A DNA stretch of 64,000 nt from Candidatus Zixiibacteriota bacterium (GTDB lineage Bacteria; Zixibacteria; MSB-5A5; SM1-73), in assembly GCA_049694315.1 (NCBI GenBank), contig JBAVQU010000008.1, positions 17,665 through 81,664 on the forward strand. Direction: 5' to 3'. Below are positions 39,591-48,335 of this stretch, piece by piece. Position 1 is the first letter of the stretch, and every line of letters starts with the position of its first letter. Made by a program: the position numbers and the translations under genes. The notes under the pieces are model-generated. The model did not search any database and had not been told where the DNA came from. It saw nothing but the letters and a program-made list of their open reading frames with translations.

Positions 39591-39743
39591 GTGCAGCCGC
39601 TCATTTTATCGAACACCTCAGTTCGGCAGAATGCGACCCCGACCTTCTCCTTTGTTTGAGCAGAACATCCGAAATTGGGCATGCCCAGAAACTCACAGGG
39701 CGAGCAAAAGATCTTGCTCGCCCCAGTGACATTTGTCCTCATC

Positions 39744-39926
39744 TTAACCGAATTTACAGCAGGCGCACCAGCAATAGATCGGCGGCTCGAGGGTGCAGTA
39801 CATGCACCAGGCTGTGCACCTATTGGCACTGGCGTGGTTGGGAGCATAGAACGCGGTGAATCCAAAAACCAGGGCCACAACCGCGAAGATCAGCACGAGG
39901 ACTCTGAGCTTCCTTAAGGCTTTCAT
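39744..39926 (-). CDS. Cys-rich small protein B (signal/anchor helix plus 7-Cys C-terminus)
   Basis: ATG at 39926 preceded by ggaggtga. MKALRKLRVLVLIFAVVALVFGFTAFYA, then ...CTAWCMYCTLEPPIYCWCACCKFG. Paralogue of 40034-40255. Confidence 0.6.
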   Translation of the reverse strand: MKALRKLRVLVLIFAVVALVFGFTAFYAPNHASANRCTAWCMYCTLEPPIYCWCACCKFG

Positions 39927-40033
39927 CTGTCATCACCTCCTCTCTTGGTCTTTGATCTTGAACCGATTTTGCGACATCAGGCTGAATTGGCACTAGATGG
40001 TTTATTGAAAACGTCCCATCCAAGCTTGTCGGA

Positions 40034-40255
40034 CTATCGAGCCGGGGAAGTCGGACAAAGACGACACTGTTCCCAGCAGACGATGGGAGGATCCATGGTG
40101 CAGGAAAGAACCCAACAGCAGTGCCCGGGATCACCTGCGCCTGGAGCGCTGAGCACGTTCAGTCCCAAGACCAATGCCAGCATCGCGATGAGTAACACGA
40201 ATATCCTAACTTGCCTGAGAAGCGTTCCCAACTTAACTCCCTTTCGAAAACTCAA
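40034..40255 (-). CDS. Cys-rich small protein A (signal/anchor helix plus 6-Cys C-terminus)
   Basis: TTG at 40255 overlaps the thioredoxin gene stop. An alternative TTG at 40231 follows aaaggga. Core CCWVLSCTMDPPIVCWEQCRLC. Confidence 0.55.
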   Translation of the reverse strand: MSFRKGVKLGTLLRQVRIFVLLIAMLALVLGLNVLSAPGAGDPGHCCWVLSCTMDPPIVCWEQCRLCPTSPAR

Positions 40256-40842
40256 GGAGACGAGGAGAGCATCTCTTCGATCTCCTTTTTGTAACTGTCC
40301 GAAAGAGGTCCGGGCCAGACTTTGAGAACAACACCATTGGCGTCGATGAGCATGGTCTGGGGAATCACCTCTACTTTATACTTCTCCAATAGCGATTGAT
40401 CAGAGACCATCACGATGGGAAACTCTAACTGAAATTTCTTGGCGAATTCATCTGTCTCTTTGGCTTCAGAATTGGTCGCCCCGAAAAATCTAAACTTTGC
40501 GGAGTTGTATTTTCGACAAACCTCTTTCCAAAACTCCAGATTATGCTCGCATGACGGGCAACCAACAGAAAACCAGAAGAGAACCGTTTTTTGGGAGGAA
40601 GGGTATTCTACCTTGACTTCTTTGCCACTCAGATCGATGCCTGCAAAAGGAGGAACTCTCTCTGCAGGATTGAGGATCTTGAAGGGACCTCGGGGTGCGC
40701 TCAATGCTGCGAGCAGCTTTCGATTCTCCTTAACCAAAAGGAAGATCTCAATGGCCATTGCCAGGACTACAATGAGAAGAACTATCGACCACAACTGGGC
40801 TTTCCAAGAACCGGATTTTTCGGTCATAGCGCATGTCTCCAT
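40252..40842 (-). CDS. TlpA/ResA-like membrane-anchored thiol-disulfide oxidoreductase
   Basis: N-terminal TM helix. WFSVGCPSCEHN (CxxC) within a thioredoxin-fold pattern. Confidence 0.8.
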   Translation of the reverse strand: METCAMTEKSGSWKAQLWSIVLLIVVLAMAIEIFLLVKENRKLLAALSAPRGPFKILNPAERVPPFAGIDLSGKEVKVEYPSSQKTVLFWFSVGCPSCEHNLEFWKEVCRKYNSAKFRFFGATNSEAKETDEFAKKFQLEFPIVMVSDQSLLEKYKVEVIPQTMLIDANGVVLKVWPGPLSDSYKKEIEEMLSSSP

Positions 40843-41635
40843 TTTGAGCTTTGGTCCACAGCGGCATTCTCAATGCCCGTCTGCGGGCTTTTGTTTGGCA
40901 TGGTCACGGTATGGTCTCAATGAGGCCCCCGAAAGAGTGGAAAAGAGCCGCCGGAGGTGCCCGAACCGAGAAACATAGGCACTCTTTGGCAGCGGTAGAG
41001 CGGCCACAAATGACGCCCAGAAGGCCTCAGTTCCAATACTTGTCAAAGAAAAGCGCAAGTCCCGGTGACAAATAAAAATAGGGCGAAAGAATCGAATCTG
41101 TTTTCCGACTCGCGTTGTCTGATTTTTTGGAACATACCTGCTTTCCCCGCCGCTTGTCAAGCAAAAAGTTTTAATTCTTTTCCCGGGTATTTCGACACGG
41201 TGAGACCGAAGGGTTCTTTCTTGGGGTTCTGTAAGTCGTTGTGGAACAATGGGGGTAAGGTTGGGGCGTGCGGACTACAGCCATTACGACGATTTGATTA
41301 GAAAGAAAATACGATTAGGGCAAAAGTTTCCCTTGACTTCTACCATTGGTATACTATGATTGACTCGACCGAACACACTTCAATAGACGGGATTCGGGTC
41401 TTCTTAGACCCCAAGGCTGGAACAAACAGGGTTGCAGGCCACCGGCTCGGCTAAACTAGTGAAGCTCATACTCGTGTGTCCGGTGAAAGCATCTGCGAAA
41501 CAGAAACGCAATTGAGTGGTTCATACCAGCAAAAAGAGTTGTGATGAGTTGATGTAATCCCATTCCGGGAGCAGGTCCGAGCCTTTCGGACACAAACAAT
41601 TCATCTGCCAACGTGGGCAGAGAAAGGAGAGAAGT

Positions 41636-41920
41636 ATGTCATATCACACCGTATTGGAATTTACGTTCATAGAATTTGACAAGAACTGGTCGAGAGCTGG
41701 CACAGTTCAACTTCAATACACTGCTAATAACACGGCGCAGTTATTAGTGGTGGCAGAAGGAAAAACGGGAGTCAAGACCACTTATTTGTTCCAGATGGAA
41801 AGGGGCGAAATTGTTCTGGTCTCGTATGACGTGAATCTGGTTTACATACCTTCAAAATGTATTCAGCGAAAAGCGGGTGACGCTACCAAATGCCTGAAGA
41901 CAGAGAAAGACAAGTCTTAG
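41636..41920 (+). CDS. Hypothetical protein
   Basis: 94 aa ORF with SD gaaaggagagaagt before the ATG. Confidence 0.45.
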   Translation: MSYHTVLEFTFIEFDKNWSRAGTVQLQYTANNTAQLLVVAEGKTGVKTTYLFQMERGEIVLVSYDVNLVYIPSKCIQRKAGDATKCLKTEKDKS

Positions 41921-42107
41921 TCATCCATCCAAGAGAAACACCCGCAAAGACGCATAACCAGGTGTTTTGGGAAGGCTGATTCTCTCGACGCGGGCTTCAC
42001 AAACACCAGAATCGTCGTCTGCTTGTTGCGGTCAGGGAAGGAATCGAGAAGAATAGAAGAATGGGAATAGAGTTCTTAGGATTCTTCTGCTTGAAGGGAA
42101 AGAATCC

Positions 42108-42839
42108 TTGATTGAGAAAGGAACAAATATGATGTCGGATATGGATGAGACTGAGTTCAAACAGAGAGCACCTGAGCTGTTCAAGGAATTGAAAGAAAGG
42201 GCTGAGGGTCTGAAAGACATCGAGGCTGTCGTCGATGAAATGGTGAAGCTCATCAGCGAGGCAGAGTCGTTTTTCAATAAAGAGAATGTGACGGCATCCC
42301 AAGATAAATATCGTGAAGCTCTGAGAAGAATAGAAAGGGCAGAGATGAGTCTGCGGTCAGACTCCCTTGCCTGGAGACTGCTTTGGTTGGAGCTAGGTTA
42401 TTTGGTTTCACTCCTACTTTTGGGATACCTCACATATAGGTGGCCCCTGTTTCGTTTGTGGAACGGCCTGATCAATCTGAGCATTCAAACCGCTTGGTTT
42501 GGAGCACTGGGTGGAGTAACCATCGCCATTTATGGAATATATAATCACATCCAGACCAGGGATTTCGATCCAAAATACAAATTATGGTACATCTGCAAAC
42601 CCATAATGGGAGGCATCTTCGGGTGGTTTGTATATTTGATATATTTCATCGGCTTAATATCGGTTCAGGGCATTCAAAACGTTGAAATCCACACTCCGGA
42701 ATTTCCCTTTGCCATCGCTTTTTTGGCGGGCTTCAGTGAGAGATTTACAATCAGAATGATTGACAAGCTAATGGCGGTTCTGACCACCTGGGAAGAAAAG
42801 CCAGCGGATGGCGCTTTCAAAGCGAATGCCCCAAAGTAG
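42108..42839 (+). CDS. Membrane protein with an N-terminal coiled-coil region
   Basis: 243 aa with about 4 TM helices in the C-terminal half. The start is uncertain (ATG candidates at 42129/42132). Confidence 0.5.
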   Translation: MIEKGTNMMSDMDETEFKQRAPELFKELKERAEGLKDIEAVVDEMVKLISEAESFFNKENVTASQDKYREALRRIERAEMSLRSDSLAWRLLWLELGYLVSLLLLGYLTYRWPLFRLWNGLINLSIQTAWFGALGGVTIAIYGIYNHIQTRDFDPKYKLWYICKPIMGGIFGWFVYLIYFIGLISVQGIQNVEIHTPEFPFAIAFLAGFSERFTIRMIDKLMAVLTTWEEKPADGAFKANAPK

Positions 42840-43120
42840 ATTTGTTAGAATGAACTTTGAAGGGAATCTCGTCTAAAGAAAGTCAATCGAGAAAAACGAT
42901 GACCGGTTCTACCTTGAGAATGTATTAAACGGTGCCGGACGTAAAGCTCTACGTAATGGGGGTCACACCACGCAAGCTACACACCTTAAGTTTTCCGGGA
43001 GCCCACAAAAGGCTACCGTGTGTCGCTCACGCTTGGAAACAATAAAGGGCGGGTGTAACCCCGCTCTTACAAAGACAAAAATCAATTGGCCAAGGTTCCC
43101 GCAAGAGAGCGGGGTCCAAT

Positions 43121-44782
43121 TCATAAGATTGCCGGGCTTGTGATCTCAGAGCCTTCTTTGACTTCCGTCTCGGTTGCGCCCGAAGCTGGGAGGGTGATGG
43201 TGAAAGTGGTGCCTTCCCCAGGCTCACTTTCCACAGTTATCTCTCCGTTGTGTCGGGAGATGATCCCATAAGCCACGCTCAGACCCAAACCGTTGCCCTT
43301 TTCGTTCTTGGTGGTAAAGAACGGTTCAAATACCCGGCTCTTTATCTCCTCGATCATCCCCATACCATTGTCGCTGACTTTGATCTCCACTCGATCTTCG
43401 CGCATTCTGGTGGCGATTCTTATCCTGCCTCCATCCGGCAGAGCGTCAATGGAGTTGAATATCATGTTGGTCAAAACCTCTCTTAGCTCCGACGGATTGC
43501 CCATGGGACTGGAAAGCTCTCCCGGTTCGGTATCGACCTCAATGCGAATTCCTTTCAGCTCCGCCTCATCTTTCCATTTGGGTTTGGTGATTTCCGTCGC
43601 TTCTTTCACGATCGAATTTATGTCCAGCCTGGCGAACTCTCTTTCTGAGGTGGCTTGATGGGTCCGGGCAAACTTCTGGATGCGTTTCACCGTCTCTGCT
43701 CCGTCGTTAGTCAGTTGCTCGACCACCTTCAGCCATTTCAACAGCTTTTCTTTAGTATGATCCGAAATCGTGGCCTCCCCCACTTCCCGTAAAAGCAACT
43801 GTGTTCGGCCCAGGATGGCCGCCAGGATGTTGTTGAAGTCATGCGACATTCCACCGGCCAGATTCCCCAGGGCCCTTATCTTCTCCGACTGGATGAGTCT
43901 GTTCTGGGTGGCCTTCAGCTCATCAATGGTGTTTTTCAAGGTCTCGGTCTGTTTCTTCAGTCTTTCGTAAAGCTCCGCCTTCTCTATGGAGACGGCGGCA
44001 TTTTCCGCAAATATCGAGACCAGCTTTAAGTCGGCTTCGGTGAAACTTCTTTTACTGTCGAAAAGGCTGATGTTCAAAACTCCTTTAGCCTTGTTCTTCA
44101 CCATCAGGGGAACGCACAGGCTGTGGGCGATTTTCTTCTCCTTCTTAATGAAATCCGGAAAACGATCCTCATTCAGATCCTCCCCCAAGTGGAGGGGCTT
44201 TCCGTGCTGCATTACCCACCCGGCCACACTTTTTCCTATCTCCACCTCTGCATTCTTTACCAGATCGCTTTGCGGTCCCCATACCGAAACGCAGCGCAGC
44301 TTGCCTATCTGGGGATCAAAGAGGAAAAGCGAAGACTGATCGCCGCCTAAGGTTCTCAGCGCCTTGCTGGATATGGTGTCAAGAATCCCGGAGAGCACCA
44401 TCTCGGAGTTGACCAGGGTGACGACCTCGAAGACGGCCTGGAGCTCGGTCAGGCGCCGCTCCAACACCTGGGCGGCAATTCTCTGCTCCACCAAGTCCCG
44501 CTGAAGCTTCTTGACCGCTATCTCTTTAATAACCACGTAAGCGATGAAGAGCAGCGAGAGAGCGACAAATCCCAGGAGCAGGGAATTGAACATCTGGGCG
44601 TCGATTTGCTCTTCATAAAGCTGCTGGATGTCGGAGTAAAAGACCACCAGGACGATGAAGGCCGAGAGGATCAGAAACACCGCAAGCACCAATGTCCACA
44701 TCTGCCAATCGCGCCTTTCTGCCTTTCTAAGCTCTTTCTTCAACCGATCCATCTTTTTGCTCCTAAAGATGAATTGACCCAT
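43121..44782 (-). CDS. Sensor histidine kinase with TM anchor and GAF domain
   Basis: H-box LAGGMSHDFNNIL. N/G boxes NMIFNSIDA, DNGMGM, GNGLGLS. Confidence 0.85.
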   Translation of the reverse strand: MGQFIFRSKKMDRLKKELRKAERRDWQMWTLVLAVFLILSAFIVLVVFYSDIQQLYEEQIDAQMFNSLLLGFVALSLLFIAYVVIKEIAVKKLQRDLVEQRIAAQVLERRLTELQAVFEVVTLVNSEMVLSGILDTISSKALRTLGGDQSSLFLFDPQIGKLRCVSVWGPQSDLVKNAEVEIGKSVAGWVMQHGKPLHLGEDLNEDRFPDFIKKEKKIAHSLCVPLMVKNKAKGVLNISLFDSKRSFTEADLKLVSIFAENAAVSIEKAELYERLKKQTETLKNTIDELKATQNRLIQSEKIRALGNLAGGMSHDFNNILAAILGRTQLLLREVGEATISDHTKEKLLKWLKVVEQLTNDGAETVKRIQKFARTHQATSEREFARLDINSIVKEATEITKPKWKDEAELKGIRIEVDTEPGELSSPMGNPSELREVLTNMIFNSIDALPDGGRIRIATRMREDRVEIKVSDNGMGMIEEIKSRVFEPFFTTKNEKGNGLGLSVAYGIISRHNGEITVESEPGEGTTFTITLPASGATETEVKEGSEITSPAIL

Positions 44783-44938
44783 TAGTCAAAATCGGCAGAA
44801 AGCCGTCGAACTTGACTGGGATTCCAATCTCCGGTCAGGGAAATAGGATGGTGCACCTGGAGGGGGAAATAGAGAAACGCTCTTTTCCTTGACCAGCTCT
44901 GCCGGGAGGCGGCAGATGAAGTCAAAGAGACTTAGGCG

Positions 44939-45442
44939 CTATTTCTTTTTTGCGCGGATGGCTTCCATCAAGAGGGGAATCAAAACAAGTTGGAGGGCTA
45001 TTCCAGGTAACCCGGTGATCACCGAGACCTTGAGGAATGCCTTTGGCCCATAAGGGAGGAATAGGAACAGCCCGAACACAAAAAGCCCTAAGGCAAAAGC
45101 CAGCCGCCCCAAAATCATGGCCAAAACCAGCGACAGCATGGGAGACTTTATCATTCTTATCAGTATCCCGATGGAGACGCCGTAAATCATCAGCTCCAGG
45201 CTCATCAGAGGAACGGCATATGGAGGAGGCATGCCGGTGAGCAGAAAACTCAAGCCCGGGCAGACCAGCCCCACGATCAAGCCCCCGATCGGACCTACGA
45301 AAATGCCTGCCAAGAAAACGGGAATATGCATGGGCAGAAAGATTCTGCCCGACAGAGCTACCTGATGGAAAACGATGGGAACAACTATCCCTAAGGTTAT
45401 GAAAAGTGCGGTTAGGGTTATGTCTTTGGTGGTTAGTTTCAT
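44939..45442 (-). CDS. ECF-transporter S-component-like membrane protein
   Basis: 167 aa with 5-6 TM helices. LPMHIPVFLAGIFVGPIGG...GMPPPY pattern. Confidence 0.55.
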   Translation of the reverse strand: MKLTTKDITLTALFITLGIVVPIVFHQVALSGRIFLPMHIPVFLAGIFVGPIGGLIVGLVCPGLSFLLTGMPPPYAVPLMSLELMIYGVSIGILIRMIKSPMLSLVLAMILGRLAFALGLFVFGLFLFLPYGPKAFLKVSVITGLPGIALQLVLIPLLMEAIRAKKK

Positions 45443-45484
45443 CCTGGTAGTACCACTCCATGGTCATTCGTCAGCCAGGGGCCG

Positions 45485-46084
45485 TCACTTTCTGGCGCTG
45501 GCCAGATAAAGATCCGGTTGATCAATGATCTTAATGTCCTGTAACCCGGAGTTCCTCATCATCTTCGTCATCTCGGAGTCTGGAGGCAAGACGTCGTGCT
45601 CGACTGCCCCTCCGGCCCTTTGGTGGTGCTCAGCCAACTCCTTCTTGCCCAGAAGGTGGGCTATGTAGACTCTTCCACCTTTCTTCAAGACTCTTCCAAT
45701 TTCCCGCATCGCCTCCGTTTGAGCACACACATGGGCAAATGCGGCCAGACAGGTGATGCAATCGATGGTACCATCTTTGAGGGGTAGGGAATCCGCAGAC
45801 CCATTGACAAAACGGATATTCGCCCTATGCTTACTCATCTGGGCTTGTGATATCATCTTCCAGGAAAAATCCAGCGATAGAATTTTTCCTTTGTCTCCGG
45901 CTCTGGCGGAAAGATGCGGAAGGAGTACCCCGTTACCTGTCCCGACATCCAGAACCCAATCTCCGGGTCTTAACTCGAACTCCTCCGCCAACTTCTCAAT
46001 CTGTTGTCTGTCGTCCGGGTGATTTCGGTCGTCCCACCCCGGGGCCTTCTGGTCAAAGAAGTGCCTTTTCGAAAGATCCTTCAT
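45485..46084 (-). CDS. Class I SAM-dependent methyltransferase
   Basis: Motif I VLDVGTGNG, with a post-I acidic residue (SLDFS). Confidence 0.75.
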   Translation of the reverse strand: MKDLSKRHFFDQKAPGWDDRNHPDDRQQIEKLAEEFELRPGDWVLDVGTGNGVLLPHLSARAGDKGKILSLDFSWKMISQAQMSKHRANIRFVNGSADSLPLKDGTIDCITCLAAFAHVCAQTEAMREIGRVLKKGGRVYIAHLLGKKELAEHHQRAGGAVEHDVLPPDSEMTKMMRNSGLQDIKIIDQPDLYLASARK

Positions 46085-46416
46085 ATGGTAACCACCCCGT
46101 TAGCCTCAGTCAGCACCTTAACGATCTCAGACATGTTGCTTACTCTCCCGGCCTCCATCTGGTCGACTAAACCATAGAAGTTGACGCAGGTGCCACAGGA
46201 AATTATCTCCACACCCAAGTTTTCCAAGGAGTGCAGACTCTCCAGGACGGGTGAGCCTCTGGCGGCCAGCTTCACGCCGGCGTTGTAAAGCACCAAAATA
46301 GCAGGTCTCTTGTCGGCTCCCGGTAAAGTCTTGAGAAAGTTGGCCAAAAGGCGACTCCCCAGCTCATCATTCCCCTCTCCCATCTTATCGCTATTCATAA
46401 CCACAATGTCGGACAT
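46081..46416 (-). CDS. DsrE/YedF-C-terminal-like sulfur-relay family protein
   Basis: 111 aa. GEGNDELG..L...FL..L........ILVLYNAGVKL...GS.....L..LE..GVEI..CGTC. 4-nt overlap with the methyltransferase gene. Confidence 0.55.
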   Translation of the reverse strand: MSDIVVMNSDKMGEGNDELGSRLLANFLKTLPGADKRPAILVLYNAGVKLAARGSPVLESLHSLENLGVEIISCGTCVNFYGLVDQMEAGRVSNMSEIVKVLTEANGVVTI

Positions 46417-46553
46417 TAAAGTCCTCCTTGGCTGTCAGTCACCTGGCGCAAACCCATAGATTCTTGCCAAGTATAGTAATCCGTTTTGCTTTTGTAAAGC
46501 AATTAAAAAGAATCCCTCCCCCGGGCGGTGGGAGGGATTCGAGAGAGATCAAA

Positions 46554-48089
46554 TCAGCAGGAGGCGGGAGGGGCGGGACCTTCTTTGTACAGATAGTTAA
46601 TCAGGAAAACCAGGTCCTCTGCGGTGATGGTTCCGTCGCAGGTGACGTCGCCGGCTCCCAGCGGATTAGGCGAAACGTCTCCCCTGAAAAGATAATTCAC
46701 CACGAATATCACATCCGAGGCATCGATCACTCCATCCCGGTTGGCATCGCCGGTCCTGTAACCGACCGATCGGGCTACCGTGATCAGGGTGGCCAGACAC
46801 ATCTTGGTCACTTCCGTCATGTAGGGGAAGTTCAGGCTGTCGACGACATCATAGTTCTTATGCCAGCCGCCGTAGAAGAAATCACCTTCCTCCGCACAAA
46901 GCGCTTGGTATCCCTGTTGGTAGAACGAGTAATGGTCGCTGCCTGAAGTTTGACCCGAATAGTAAGGGTGCAAAGAAGTATAAGTATTGGCCATGTCGAT
47001 CATGAGGTCGACGTAATCCATGGCGCCTGCATCTGCGTAAATGGCCACGTCCGGATCGGCATCGACGCTGTGACCGATCATATCGGAGTTAATCATCAGG
47101 GGAAGATCCGTCCTGAGCGCATGAAGATATTGGGCAAAGTAGCTGCTCCCCACCAATCCCTGTTCTTCCTGAGCAAAGGGAACAAACATCACCGTGACCG
47201 GCAGAGGATGTTGGGCAACGATTCGAGCCATTTCCAGGGTAGCCACCGTGCCGCTGCCGTTGTCATCTGCCCCCGGGGCCCAGATCAAAGGGCTGCCACT
47301 CCCGTACACCACCGAATCATAATGCCCACCCACCACTATTACCTGGTCGGGCTGTACCGTCCCGATCACGGTCGCCACCACGTTCCACTGATGGGAATCG
47401 TGGTAGTAGTGATGAAGCCATACGCTGTCTATGCCAAAGCTTACGAACTCATTATAGAGCCAATCCCTGGCTCTGATGATAGAATCAGAATAGGAATACC
47501 TGGTCTGGAAGTTTTGCAGTCTTAAATCCCAGGCGTAGAGCGAATCTTGAGATATCAAGGAGAGGAGACTGTCGATGCCGGAGTCACGAGCATAATACTT
47601 AGGCAACCTCACCCGTGGGGGTGGGTATTTCAATGGCAGAGGATGGCGAAAGACCTTGACAATTAGGTAACCTTTCTCAGCCAGGGCTCTTGCCTTTTCA
47701 TCGGCGATCTTCATGAAATGGAACCGCTCAGCGCTCGCCAGGACTTGGCCATACTCGGATAGGCCAACTCCCTCCGTTCCTTCATCTTCGGAGATCAGGT
47801 AGTAGCTTTCGGTCCATGGCTCTTCATCGATGATTTCGAAGGTCAAACCGGCGCTGCCCAAAGCACTCAGGTTGGACCTCTCAAATTCGGCTATCACCAG
47901 GTTCCCGCCTGGCAGGCCTTCAGGGAATTTGTGATAAACGACTAAGTTGAGCTGGTCGGCCTTTTGATAGTCCGCCTCTCCTGTCAGCCTCAGTTTCACC
48001 AAGACCGGTGAGCCATCTGCCGGTCCCGATCCGCCGGCAGTCATGGCGGCGATAGTCAAAAGGAAAAGAATCATTCTGCCTGTTCTCAT
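46554..48089 (-). CDS. M28-family metallopeptidase with a dockerin-like C-terminal module
   Basis: GADDNGSGTVATLEMARI. ATG at 48089 after gaggag, followed by a signal peptide. The tail is GDANRDGVIDASDVIFVVNYLF...GDVTCDGTITAEDLVFLINYLY. Confidence 0.8.
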   Translation of the reverse strand: MRTGRMILFLLTIAAMTAGGSGPADGSPVLVKLRLTGEADYQKADQLNLVVYHKFPEGLPGGNLVIAEFERSNLSALGSAGLTFEIIDEEPWTESYYLISEDEGTEGVGLSEYGQVLASAERFHFMKIADEKARALAEKGYLIVKVFRHPLPLKYPPPRVRLPKYYARDSGIDSLLSLISQDSLYAWDLRLQNFQTRYSYSDSIIRARDWLYNEFVSFGIDSVWLHHYYHDSHQWNVVATVIGTVQPDQVIVVGGHYDSVVYGSGSPLIWAPGADDNGSGTVATLEMARIVAQHPLPVTVMFVPFAQEEQGLVGSSYFAQYLHALRTDLPLMINSDMIGHSVDADPDVAIYADAGAMDYVDLMIDMANTYTSLHPYYSGQTSGSDHYSFYQQGYQALCAEEGDFFYGGWHKNYDVVDSLNFPYMTEVTKMCLATLITVARSVGYRTGDANRDGVIDASDVIFVVNYLFRGDVSPNPLGAGDVTCDGTITAEDLVFLINYLYKEGPAPPASC

Positions 48090-48335
48090 GGAATCTCCTC
48101 GAAAAACCTCAGAGGTTGAAGTACAATGTTCTTTCACGCCAGAACCTTTGACCGGCGAGACTAACCCCTTTTGCCCAAAAGGGTTATGATGCTCGACTTT
48201 CCTCTTGGGCAAACCACGTTTCCGAACCTAATATAGTCCAAAATCCAGATTTGTCAATGGTCAAACGGAGCCTTGAGGGCTTCCTGAACATGCCTCTTTC
48301 TGTGCATTCCGAGTGGGAGAACCAAGAGAAGCTGG

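Noticed and set aside
41333-41338. TTGACT as the -35 box of a canonical sigma-70 promoter
   Set aside because: The spacing to the nearest -10-like hexamer is only 11-13 nt. Only the extended -10 (TGgTATACT) is retained as a weak candidate.
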